Assembly (NCBI GenBank): GCA_039190745.1
Contig: JBCCXZ010000016.1
Coordinates: 1 to 63,298 of the forward strand
Length of the DNA: 63,298 nucleotides
DNA from: Planctomycetota bacterium
GTDB taxonomy: Bacteria > Planctomycetota > Planctomycetia > Pirellulales > Lacipirellulaceae
Direction: 5' to 3'
Shown in pieces: positions 30,280-39,576 of this stretch. Numbering within the stretch: position 1 is the first letter of the stretch; each line of letters opens with the position of its first letter. Made by a program: the position numbers and the translations under genes. The notes under the pieces were generated by a model. It ran no database searches and was not told where the DNA came from. It saw only the letters and a list, made by a program, of their open reading frames with translations.

Positions 30280-32091
30280 GTGGCAACCGAGCCCCAAGCG
30301 TCCGCCGACGAGCCCGCTCAGCCCGCCGCCATCGAAACGCCTGCAGCGGACGGAACCCAGGAGCCGTCGATCCGCTGGTGGCCCGCGGTCGCCATCGCCG
30401 TGCTGATGTGGGCAGTCATCAAGTACACCGCCTCGGGGCCTCGCACCGCAACAATGGTCCACTTCATCGGCTCGATGGCCGCGCCGGGGAACGCGTTGCT
30501 GCTGATGGGCGGCTGGTGGCTCTTTGCGAGCCGTGCCCCCAAAAGCGAAAAGCGGCTCGGCTTCCTGCTGACGGCGGTTCTTGCGGTTGCGGCGATCGTT
30601 ATCTCCCACCCATCGGTGAGCGTTCAGCCCTGGGTCGCGATGATCTTGCCGTGGACCATCACCGCGCTCGCGGCCGCTTTCTTCTTAGCCTCAAGAATCG
30701 GCTGGCGTCATGGCCGCTGGCTACCGCTCGCGGTCGTGCAAGCAGCGTTGCTGTTCGGCGCCTGTATCCGCGTCGACGGCATCAACGGAGACTTCGTTGC
30801 AGACCTCTCGCCCCGCTGGACACCAACCGACGAAGAAGTCTTCCTCAGCGAGACCAAGGCGGTGGAAGCCCCAGCCGCGCTCGAACTGCCGATGGAGCCC
30901 GGGCCCAACGACTGGCCCGAATTCCGCGGCAGCGACCGTGACAGCCGAGTGGCCGGCGTGGCCTTCGCGACCGACTGGGAAGCGTCGCCGCCCAAAGAGC
31001 TTTGGCGCCGGAAGATCGGCCCTGGCTGGTCGTCGTTCACCGTGGTCACCGGCACGCTCTTCACACAAGAACAACGGGGCGACGAAGAGGTTGTCTCTGC
31101 GTACGAAGCCGGCACGGGCGAACCGCTCTGGACCAACGCCGTCCCGTCGCGGTTCTATGAAACCGTCGGCGGAGCCGGCCCCCGAGCCACGCCCACCTAC
31201 CACCAGGGCGTACTCTACACGCAGGGAGCCGCCGGCAAGGTGCAGGCCATCGACGCCGCTACCGGCGAATCGCTTTGGGTCCGCGACCTCACCGAAGACA
31301 CCCCCGCCGAGCCGCCCGCGTGGGGCTTCTCGTCTTCACCGCTTGTGTGGGGCGACCTCGTGATCGCCTACGCCGGCGCGGGTAACGGCCTAAGCGTCAT
31401 TGCCTATCAAAAGGAATCTGGTGAAATCGCCTGGACCTCCGGCGACAGCACCCACAGTTATAGCTCGCCCCAACGCGCCACCATTGCCGGGGTCGAGCAG
31501 TTGCTTGTCCTCAGCAACAGCGGCCTTGCGTCGTTCAACCACGCCACGGGCACGCAGCTCTGGCATCACCCCTGGGACATCGGAGAGATGCCCCGAGTCG
31601 TCCAGCCCACTGTCTTCGGCGACTCCGTGCTCTTGGGGACGGGGTATGGGCTGGGCACCCAACGCATCGAGGTCACCAACACCGACGGTGAATGGGCCAC
31701 CGAAGAAGCCTGGACCTCCAACCGTCTCAAGCCCTACTTCAATGACTACGTCCACGCGAGCGGCTACCTCTACGGCTTCGACGGCCCCGTCTTCACGTGC
31801 GTCAATGCGGAGGACGGCAAGCGCGAGTGGAAACGCGGCCGCTACGGCCACGGCCAGGTGCTGCTGCTCGACGACATGGGCGTGCTGCTGGTAATCGGCG
31901 AGGCAGGCGAACTCGTGCTGCTCGAAGCCACGCCCAAGAAGCACACCGAGATCTGCCAAATCCAGGCGCTCGAGGGCAAAACCTGGAACCACCCGGTCGT
32001 CGCCGACAGCAAGCTCTTCCTCCGCAACGGCGAGGAGGCAGTGTGCTACGACCTGGGCGGTGCACCCGCTACGCAAGTCGCCGGGCCGTGA
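30280..32091 (+). CDS. PQQ-like (BamB-type) beta-propeller protein with N-terminal TM helices
   Basis: DWPEFRG, ELWRR.IGPGWSS, repeated TG..LW blades, TWNHPVV..LFLRN. Confidence 0.88.
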   Translation: MATEPQASADEPAQPAAIETPAADGTQEPSIRWWPAVAIAVLMWAVIKYTASGPRTATMVHFIGSMAAPGNALLLMGGWWLFASRAPKSEKRLGFLLTAVLAVAAIVISHPSVSVQPWVAMILPWTITALAAAFFLASRIGWRHGRWLPLAVVQAALLFGACIRVDGINGDFVADLSPRWTPTDEEVFLSETKAVEAPAALELPMEPGPNDWPEFRGSDRDSRVAGVAFATDWEASPPKELWRRKIGPGWSSFTVVTGTLFTQEQRGDEEVVSAYEAGTGEPLWTNAVPSRFYETVGGAGPRATPTYHQGVLYTQGAAGKVQAIDAATGESLWVRDLTEDTPAEPPAWGFSSSPLVWGDLVIAYAGAGNGLSVIAYQKESGEIAWTSGDSTHSYSSPQRATIAGVEQLLVLSNSGLASFNHATGTQLWHHPWDIGEMPRVVQPTVFGDSVLLGTGYGLGTQRIEVTNTDGEWATEEAWTSNRLKPYFNDYVHASGYLYGFDGPVFTCVNAEDGKREWKRGRYGHGQVLLLDDMGVLLVIGEAGELVLLEATPKKHTEICQIQALEGKTWNHPVVADSKLFLRNGEEAVCYDLGGAPATQVAGP

Positions 32092-32125
32092 AGAGGCTGT
32101 TTCAATACATCGGACGGACCATTGG

Positions 32126-32266
32126 GTGGCTGGGGACGAACGGAGTGAGCCCCCAAGATCGCGGACCACTGGGGGTTCGCTGCGCTCATCCCCAGCCACT
32201 CGCCCGTCTGCTCGCCACTCCTTGGCCGCAGGCCAAGCTCACCGTAGCCTGGGGCAACGCCCCAGG
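32126..32266. repeat. REP-like palindrome cluster
   Basis: GTGGCTGGGGA..CCCCCA / TGGGGG..TCCCCAGCCAC long stem (32126-32199), TTGGCC-GCA-GGCCAA, CCTGGGGC-AAC-GCCCCAGG. Confidence 0.75.
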
Positions 32267-32354
32267 TGCCATGAGCCAGCCATTAGCGCCGCCGGCCCAC
32301 GCGTTCTCGAAGCGCCGTCAGCAGGTCCGTGGACAGCAAGAGCGGGCTGATTAT

Positions 32355-32755
32355 GAGCTGCGTCCCCTTTGATAGTCCCCAGTCGGCAGCCCGGTTACAA
32401 TTGCGACACTTGACCCGCCCGCAGAGCAGGCCCAAGAAGGCCGAATAAGAGCTGCGTCCCCTTAATTTCCCGAGAAGGCAGGGCTGTGGTGCCGGAGATT
32501 GTCTTCTTTCTCATCAAGTCATTCTTAGTATTCTGCGGAGTGTTTTTCCTTACGGGATTCTTGGCCGGTCTCATGCTCCCTCCGGGCGGTAGATCTTGAA
32601 CTTGCTGTTTGTCGTAGTTGCGTTTCTCGTGCTCAGTGGGTTGTGCGGCCCGGTTGGAGGTGCGGCCTATAGGTGCGGGCGGCGCTGCGGGGCCTACGTT
32701 AGATTAAGAGGCTGGAATTTTTTGAAGGGAAGGTAAAGGGAAGGGGACGCAGCTC
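32355..32755. repeat. Three copies of GAGCTGCGTCCCCTT (two direct, one inverted)
   Basis: Exact 15-mers at 32355-32369 (+), 32449-32463 (+) and 32741-32755 (-). Confidence 0.85.
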
Positions 32756-32850
32756 ATTTCTGACTCACGGCTGTTTCAGATGCCTGGAGACGAGAACAGC
32801 AAGGCCCCGGTGTCGCTTTCCCGATAAAGCCTCTCGCTGCCCCGGGGTTT

Positions 32851-33310
32851 CCACTCCCCTCTCGCTCTCTGAATGCTACTCATTGAATACGGCCACATGA
32901 TCAGATATACAGTACACTGCCGCTAAAGCACTCGTTCCTTGACAACCAAGCCGTTAGCGATCAGCCGTTAGCCCTCAGCCACAGGGCCCGCGGCCGCGCC
33001 CTCTCTGCGTCTCCGCGCCTCTGCGAGAGCCCCTTCCGTCCGCGGCCGCTCAGAGCCCACGTGCAAAACGCGCCCGCGCTCGAACGGCCTTCGAGTCCAC
33101 AAGGTGATCGACGACAACGCATTGCGCCGACCGCTCCAGCCGCGGGCCGACGACTTTTGCAAAGCCCCAAAGCACAGAACCTCAGCAGTTTTGTCCGCTC
33201 GCAGATAGCCGCGATGCTACGCATCGCTGGAAAACCCGCGACCCGCTCCGACAGAACCCATCGCTTCTGTCCGCGTCGCGCGAGAAGGGCTTATTCGTGC
33301 CAAAACCCAA
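32851..33310 (+). other. Non-coding dispersed element, copy 2
   Basis: Collinear similarity to 2205-2660; contains AGCCGTT/AGCGATC heptamer tandem at 32949-32980. Confidence 0.65.
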
Positions 33311-33408
33311 CCCAGTCAGCAGGCCGCGGGGCGGTTGCTTGAGACTGGGTCGTTCGGGATCATAGAAAGACTATCCCATCGATCCACAGCTACCCAACGC
33401 TTCCACCC

Positions 33409-33927
33409 ATGAGCACGACCTCCCTCGTCCTGACCATCCTCGGCCAAGACCGCCCCGGGCTCGTCGAGGCGATTGCCGAGACGGTCGCCGCGCACCAGGG
33501 CAACTGGGTCGAGAGCCGCATGGCGCACCTTGCCGGGCAGTTCGCGGGCGTGCTGCGTGTGGAGGTCGACGCCGAGCGATCCGACGCCCTGCTGGCCGCT
33601 CTCGGCAAGCTGCAAGAGACCGGCCTCGAGTCGGTCGTTGCCGCCGAATCCGCCCCCGCCGCGGCCGACCCCCGCCCTACCGTGCAGCTCGACCTGATTG
33701 GCCAAGACCGCCCCGGCATCGTTCGCGAGGTCAGCCGTGTGCTCGCCGCCCATGGTGTGAACGTCGAAGAGCTCCAGACCGAGTGCGCGACGGCCCCCAA
33801 CTCGGGCCAGGCCCTGTTCAAGGCCGCCGCCCAGCTGCGGCTCCCCTCGGCCGAGGCGGCCGAGGCCCTCCGCGAGGCCCTGGAAAAAGTTGCCGCCGAC
33901 ATGATGGTCGAGGTTATTATCGAGTAA
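33409..33927 (+). CDS. GcvR-like tandem ACT-domain protein
   Basis: Two GQDRPG ACT repeats, GNWVESRMAHLAGQFA. Confidence 0.88.
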   Translation: MSTTSLVLTILGQDRPGLVEAIAETVAAHQGNWVESRMAHLAGQFAGVLRVEVDAERSDALLAALGKLQETGLESVVAAESAPAAADPRPTVQLDLIGQDRPGIVREVSRVLAAHGVNVEELQTECATAPNSGQALFKAAAQLRLPSAEAAEALREALEKVAADMMVEVIIE

Positions 33928-33970
33928 CCGCCTCTTCCGTCCGGTCGACCTCTGCAATTTTCCTCCCGCC

Positions 33971-34201
33971 ATGGCCAACCGCGTCACCTTCGTACTCGTC
34001 TTCGTGCTGATCGCGCTGATCTCACCCACGGCCCGTGCCGTCGGCGCCGGCGCCCCCAACACGGCGCTGCTCGCCGGCCTTGCCGGCCACCTCTTCACCC
34101 GCGTCTGCGACGACTCGGCCAAGCCGCTCATACAGACCCTCTCGGCCGGCTCCATCGCCTTCGGCGTCGCAGCGATCGGCCTCCGCCTGCTCTGGGGCTA
34201 G
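33971..34201 (+). CDS. Small membrane protein
   Basis: Hydrophobic 76-aa ORF in an otherwise empty, co-oriented gap. Confidence 0.5.
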   Translation: MANRVTFVLVFVLIALISPTARAVGAGAPNTALLAGLAGHLFTRVCDDSAKPLIQTLSAGSIAFGVAAIGLRLLWG

Positions 34202-34411
34202 GGCTGAAGCCTTCCTTGGGCACTAAGCGTGACCGCTGGCGCCATCCCGCGGTTTGCAATAAGGAAAGCCACACTTGCGAAAAAACAATCGCCCGCAGGT
34301 TTCCCGCCGCCCGATACGAGAGTAGGATTTAAGGGCTTGTGAAACTATTCACAAACCCTTCCGACTCGCTGAAAAAACCGGCCTAAGCACACTCCAACGC
34401 CCCGCACCGTC

Positions 34412-34807
34412 ATGGCAAAAAAAGGCCCCCGCAAGAAGGCCCCCAAGGAGTTGGCGATCATCAACGCCGACAACTGCACGGGCTGCGAGTCGTGCCTGGA
34501 GGTCTGCCCGGTCGATTGCATCGAGATGCGGACCATCGACGCCGGCATCCTCAAGGGGAACCAGCAGTGGTGCGAGATCGACCTCGAGCGCTGCGTCGGC
34601 TGCGAGGTGTGCGTGCACATCCCCGGCAAGAAGTCTAACCCTTACGAGCTGAAAGTCTGCCCCTGGGACGCCATCGAGATGGTCCCGACTGAGCTTGCGG
34701 CGCAGACCATGGCCAAGGTTGGCGGCCCGCCCGAGTACATCCAGGAAAACTGGGACCGGCTCGTCGGCACCGCCCAATCGCTCGCCGAGCTGCGGGCCGC
34801 GACGTAG
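34412..34807 (+). CDS. 2x[4Fe-4S] ferredoxin-like protein
   Basis: CTGCESCLEVCP and CVGCEVC...CP. Confidence 0.9.
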   Translation: MAKKGPRKKAPKELAIINADNCTGCESCLEVCPVDCIEMRTIDAGILKGNQQWCEIDLERCVGCEVCVHIPGKKSNPYELKVCPWDAIEMVPTELAAQTMAKVGGPPEYIQENWDRLVGTAQSLAELRAAT

Positions 34808-34943
34808 AAAAGTCACGGGCTTCTGCCGCGATCCAGTGTCTACAGCTGTGGCTCGCTCTTGGTCATTGCGCCCCCGGGCCGATCCGGTATGCTCCGGTAT
34901 CGAACCAAACGCAATGAGCACCTCTCCTCGCAAGCGTGACGCC

Positions 34944-36212
34944 ATGGAAGCCTTGTCGATTATCAGCTACCGATCGCTACTCGTTCCGCTCGTCTTGGTC
35001 CTCTGCTGCTCAACAGGCAACCCCGCTCGCGCAACACCGCCCATCGACGAACCCCTGCGCGTCGGCAACCTCGGCCAAGCCGAGACCCTGCTCGCCGACC
35101 ACCTCCGGAGCGAGCCGGCCGACGACCTCGCCCGCTTCCAACTGGGCACAGTCCGATTCCTGAAGGCCATTGAGCAGCTCGCCCAAGACGCCTCCCGCTA
35201 CGGCGCCTCCACCCGTACACTCCAACTGCCGTTCCTCCGTCTGGGCGCCCTCGGCGGCAACAACCCAAACCCCGAGCCGGTCGGCTACGAAGACGTCCGC
35301 CAAATGATCGAGCGGTTCTACGAAGGCGTCGCCAACGCCGAACAGACGCTTGAGCCGATCCGAGACACCGACCTCTATTGGGAGCTGGACCTCTCAACGG
35401 TCGGCATCGACTTCGACAGAGACGGGGCCCTCGGCAGGCTGGAGACTCTCGAAGCCACTTTCCGCCTAGTCACGAGCCGCAGACCCAACCCAGGGGAAGG
35501 CCCGGTCGTCGTGGGCTTCGACTCGGCCGACGCCTGCTGGCTCCGCGGCTACTGCCACGTGCTGCTGGCTCTGGCCGACGCGGTGCTCGCGTACGACCAC
35601 GAGGAACTGTTCGAGCACACCGCACACCTGTTCTTCGCCGACCCGCGGACCGAATTCGCCCGCGAACGCGACCTCCGCAACGCCCCCGCGCCTCGCCGCC
35701 GCGGTTTCTTCGGCGATATGGAGACCCTCAGCGACCTCATCGCCGCCGTGCACCTGATGAGCTTCAAGACCCGCGAGCCCCGCCGGCTCGCCGATGCCCG
35801 TGAGCACCTGCTGGAGATGGTCCGCCTCAGTCGGAAGAACTGGGAGCTGATCCAGCAGGAAACCGACGACCGGCACGAGTGGATCCCCGGCCCGAACCAG
35901 ACCAGCGTCATCCCACGGCTCGCGGCGGGCGGTGAGCAGATCGAGGCTTGGGGCCGCTTCCTCGACGAGGCCGAGGCCATCCTCAACGGCGAAATACTGC
36001 TCCCGTTCTGGCGGCGCGGCTTCGAAGACCGGGGCCTCAACCTCCGCAGGGTATTCGACGACCCGCGTGACTTCGACCTCATCCTCTGGCTGCAAGGCAC
36101 GGCCGCCCTGCCCTACCTCGAACGCGGCGAGACGACCGACCCCGCCCTCTGGCGTGAATTCCAACGCATCTTCCGCGGCCAGCTCCTAGGATTCGCTCTC
36201 TGGGTCAACTGA
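34944..36212 (+). CDS. Exported hypothetical helical protein
   Basis: Signal peptide, coding bias, ETDDRHEWIP and W..F..IF.G..LGFALWVN motifs; start uncertain. Confidence 0.75.
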   Translation: MEALSIISYRSLLVPLVLVLCCSTGNPARATPPIDEPLRVGNLGQAETLLADHLRSEPADDLARFQLGTVRFLKAIEQLAQDASRYGASTRTLQLPFLRLGALGGNNPNPEPVGYEDVRQMIERFYEGVANAEQTLEPIRDTDLYWELDLSTVGIDFDRDGALGRLETLEATFRLVTSRRPNPGEGPVVVGFDSADACWLRGYCHVLLALADAVLAYDHEELFEHTAHLFFADPRTEFARERDLRNAPAPRRRGFFGDMETLSDLIAAVHLMSFKTREPRRLADAREHLLEMVRLSRKNWELIQQETDDRHEWIPGPNQTSVIPRLAAGGEQIEAWGRFLDEAEAILNGEILLPFWRRGFEDRGLNLRRVFDDPRDFDLILWLQGTAALPYLERGETTDPALWREFQRIFRGQLLGFALWVN

Positions 36213-36326
36213 TTCACCTACTCGAGCTGTTCTCAAAGTCGAGATTCCGGCTAGAATAGTACATCAGCATGAACATGCGCCCACCCATCTCTTATCTATT
36301 GGCCCTACTTTTGCTAGTTTGCAAAT

Positions 36327-37247
36327 ATGGACGTTGACTCAGGGAAAATCTATCGAGGAGATTGCCTGAGGCTGATGGGCGACCTGCCTGACGGGTGTAT
36401 CGACTTAGCGTTCGCCGATCCGCCGTTCAACATCGGCTACGACTACGACGAGTACGACGACCGCCAGGACGACGAGAAATACCTCGACTGGTGCCGCGAC
36501 TGGATCGCCGAGATCCACCGCGTGCTGAAGCCGGATGGCACGTTCTGGCTCGCCATCGGCGACGAGTACGCCGCCGAGCTGAAGGTGGCCGCCCAACGCG
36601 AGGTCGGCTTCCATACCCGCGGCTGGGTCGTGTGGTACTACACGTTCGGCGTCAACTGCACGCGGAAGTTCAACCGATCGCACGCCCACCTCTTCCAATT
36701 CGTCAAAGACGAGAAGCGGTTCACCTTCAACGCCGACGACCCGGCGGTGCGCGTCCCTTCGGCCCGCGCGCTGGTGTACGGCGACAAGCGGGCCAACCCC
36801 AAGGGCCGGCTGCCGGACGACACGTGGATGCTCGCCCCCGCCCCCGCCGAGGGCTGGGTCCTCCGCCCGCAGGACTTCCAGGACAGCCCCCACGCCTTCA
36901 CGCCGGAGCAGGACACGTGGTACTTCTCCCGCGTCGCCGGCACGTTCAAAGAACGCCAGGGCTTCCACGGCTGCCAGATGCCCGAGCAGCTCCTAGCCCG
37001 CGTCATCCGCGTTAGCAGCAACGAAGGCGAACTCGTATTCGACCCCTTCGCCGGCAGCGGCACTACACTGGCGGTCGCCAAAAAACTCGGCCGCGATTTT
37101 CTGGGGTGTGAGCTCTCAGAAGAATACCAGAAGGAAGCGACAGCTCGCTTGAAGGCGATCAACGCCGGGGACGAACTCGACGGCCCGGCCGACCCGATTG
37201 CGAGCGCGCCGAGCACGAAGAACGGGCGGAAGCTAGTGCGGGGGTGA
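36327..37247 (+). CDS. Orphan N4/N6 DNA methyltransferase (beta-class motif order)
   Basis: ADPPFN (motif IV) before DPFAGSGTT (motif I); no adjacent restriction gene. Confidence 0.92.
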   Translation: MDVDSGKIYRGDCLRLMGDLPDGCIDLAFADPPFNIGYDYDEYDDRQDDEKYLDWCRDWIAEIHRVLKPDGTFWLAIGDEYAAELKVAAQREVGFHTRGWVVWYYTFGVNCTRKFNRSHAHLFQFVKDEKRFTFNADDPAVRVPSARALVYGDKRANPKGRLPDDTWMLAPAPAEGWVLRPQDFQDSPHAFTPEQDTWYFSRVAGTFKERQGFHGCQMPEQLLARVIRVSSNEGELVFDPFAGSGTTLAVAKKLGRDFLGCELSEEYQKEATARLKAINAGDELDGPADPIASAPSTKNGRKLVRG

Positions 37248-37285
37248 CCACCGTTCTCGCCGAACGGTCTATCGCTCTCTTGCGC

Positions 37286-37927
37286 TCAGCCGCCCACCGC
37301 CAGCAGCGCACCCTCCTCCGCATGGGGCACCGACTCCGGCCGCGACACGTCCACCGCGAACGCCCCGCTCAGGTAGTTCCGGCCCAGCAGCAGCGCATAC
37401 GTCATCCGGCTGCGGTCGTTGAGCGTTACCTCCACCGTTCGCTCGACGCCCTGCAGGTTGAGGGTGAGGTCGACCAGGTAGCGCGTCTCTTCGCCCTCGC
37501 TGGTCCGGACGTTGACAACGCCCGTGATGGGCGTCTCGACCCACGCCTCGTCGCCCCGGCGATTGGCCAGACGGAAAGAGATCGGCTTGCCGATGTTTTC
37601 GTGCATGGAGCCGGCCTCGCTCTCGATCGTCCACGTGTCCGCGTGGACCGAGGTCCGCAAAGCGCCGGTGTCGACGCGGGCCAGGTACGCTAGACCGCTC
37701 TCCGTCTCGGCAACGCTCGCCGTGGGACCTACGAACCGCAGCCCGGCTTCACCCGCAGTAAGTTGCAGTCTCGATACGTCCGGCTCGGGCGTGTCGGCGA
37801 TCAGCCGCCCCGAGGGGCCTGCCGGGGCGACCCACGAAACCACCGCCATGGCGCCGAGCAACAGCACCATCGGCACGCCCACCACGGCCAAGTCGTCTCG
37901 CACGCTCCGCTTGCTTCGGATTCTCAT
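37286..37927 (-). CDS. RimK/LysX-associated retropepsin-like 'ATP-dependent Zn protease' family protein
   Basis: ARVDTGA, L.DRSRMTY.LLLGRNYL. Confidence 0.85.
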   Translation of the reverse strand: MRIRSKRSVRDDLAVVGVPMVLLLGAMAVVSWVAPAGPSGRLIADTPEPDVSRLQLTAGEAGLRFVGPTASVAETESGLAYLARVDTGALRTSVHADTWTIESEAGSMHENIGKPISFRLANRRGDEAWVETPITGVVNVRTSEGEETRYLVDLTLNLQGVERTVEVTLNDRSRMTYALLLGRNYLSGAFAVDVSRPESVPHAEEGALLAVGG

Positions 37928-38563
37928 CGTACTGCCTCCCGTTCACGGTCTCGGAACTCCCTTCCTCTAGGTCTCCCGACGCGCTCAGCGGCCGGTCCTT
38001 ACGCCCGACATTGCTCGGAGTGTTGGATCAAGCGCCGGGCCGCCCCGCTTGTTACCGGTCTGCGAGGGCCGCCATGGGGGATGGCCCTAAACCCTTTAAG
38101 CAACAGGGCTTGATGAAAGCCCCAGAGCGCATGAATTCTCCGGGACTGCCGCCCTCAGCCCAGCTCGCCCGATCGCGCACCAAAACCCCTTGTTGGCGCA
38201 TAACCCCTTACGCTGCTTGACATTCCTGTAGGTCGTACTTAGCGTGGATTCTGCAGGCGAGTACGACTGCGCAAACTAGACAATCCATCCGTTCTCCTCA
38301 TTGCCCTCTCGCTTCCCGCGGGAAGGTCCTGCTGGCGGCAGGCAAGGCGGATGGCGAGTCGCCCCGAACGCAGATTCGGCGAGAACGTTAGTGGGTGGTT
38401 TGTGCGGCCGTAACTAGATTGCCATGGCGGGCAACCTTGCCGACCCCGAACCGCTATCGAAGACACCGTTTCCCGACACCCGGGGCCTGGGTTGGGCCCC
38501 GACCGCTTCCCTCCGTGGACGCACACCTCGAGTCCTTTTTGGCATCAAAAGGAGAGTTGACTA

Positions 38564-39475
38564 ATGAGTCGCATCTTGCATTTTGCCCTGTCGGTCACTG
38601 TTGTGACCGCACTGACCGCCGCTCAGGCGTCGGCAGTCACCCTCTACACCGAAGACTTTGACGACGGCAACGCCGCATCGCGTTGGGACGTCACCACCGG
38701 CGGCGGCCCCTCCGACGTTGATTTCGCCTTCGACTACTCGACCATCGGCCTAGCCAGCCCGACCGGCGACCCCGACACCATCGGCGTTTGGTTCAACCCG
38801 AACATCGGCACCGATCCCGCCAACGACTCTGGCGGTGCGGACAGCGGCATCGTCGCCACCCCGGACGCTCTGGACGTCACCGGCGACTACCGCCTCACCT
38901 TCTACTACGCCAGCTCCTTCGACCCCGGTGACGGCGGTTCGACCGAGGGCCCGGCCTTCGGCATCAACGCCACTCCCGGCGGCGCCACCGCGGCCCCCAT
39001 CGGCAACGACGGCAACGCGACCGACGGCGTCGGCTACCACTTCTCCGTCGACCAGTTCGGCGGCGGCGGGTTTGCCTCGGTCGGCAAGTTCATCGGCGGC
39101 ACGCAAGAGCGTCTGTACGACAACTACGGCCTGGACGATCCGGATGACGGAGCCGCCGACCTCGACCCCGCCAACTTCCCGCTGGGTTGGGACTTCGACG
39201 GCCCCCCGCAAGACATCTGGCAAGAGATCGCCATCTCTCAGCTGGGCGGCGTTGTCACCTTCCGGGTGAACGGCACCGTGCTGGACAGCTTCGACAACTC
39301 GGCCGGCGACACCGCCGGCGCCATCTTCCTCGGCGCCGTCGACTCGTTCGGCTCGGTCGGAGACCACTACCACATCTTTGATGACGTGGTCGTCGAGACC
39401 ATCCCCGAGCCGACTTCGGTCACGCTCGTGGGCCTCGGCCTGATCGGTTTGGTCGCCCGCCGCAAGCGCGGCTAG
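38564..39475 (+). CDS. PEP-CTERM sorting-domain surface protein
   Basis: GGAG RBS, signal peptide, acidic Gly-rich body, IPEPTSVTLVGLGLIGLVARRKRG. Confidence 0.92.
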   Translation: MSRILHFALSVTVVTALTAAQASAVTLYTEDFDDGNAASRWDVTTGGGPSDVDFAFDYSTIGLASPTGDPDTIGVWFNPNIGTDPANDSGGADSGIVATPDALDVTGDYRLTFYYASSFDPGDGGSTEGPAFGINATPGGATAAPIGNDGNATDGVGYHFSVDQFGGGGFASVGKFIGGTQERLYDNYGLDDPDDGAADLDPANFPLGWDFDGPPQDIWQEIAISQLGGVVTFRVNGTVLDSFDNSAGDTAGAIFLGAVDSFGSVGDHYHIFDDVVVETIPEPTSVTLVGLGLIGLVARRKRG

Positions 39476-39522
39476 ACGACAAGCACCCCGGTTTAATCCG
39501 GGTGCATGAGATTGTGACACAG

Positions 39523-39554
39523 CCCGGGCCGGCTGAGCCGGCCCGGGTCTTTTT
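39523..39554 (+). terminator. Rho-independent terminator
   Basis: CCCGGGCCGGC-TGA-GCCGGCCCGGG-TCTTTTT. Confidence 0.85.
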
Positions 39555-39576
39555 GTGCGCTGCCAGAGCGGCCCGG

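Noticed and set aside
32355..32755. Possible CRISPR array
   Set aside because: Repeats are only 15 bp, spacers are unequal (79 and 277 bp), one copy is inverted, and there are no cas genes.
38230..38560. Long leader of the PEP-CTERM gene as a riboswitch or sigma54 promoter
   Set aside because: Contains hairpins, but I could not match c-di-GMP, cobalamin or -24/-12 consensus elements; an Rfam search would decide.
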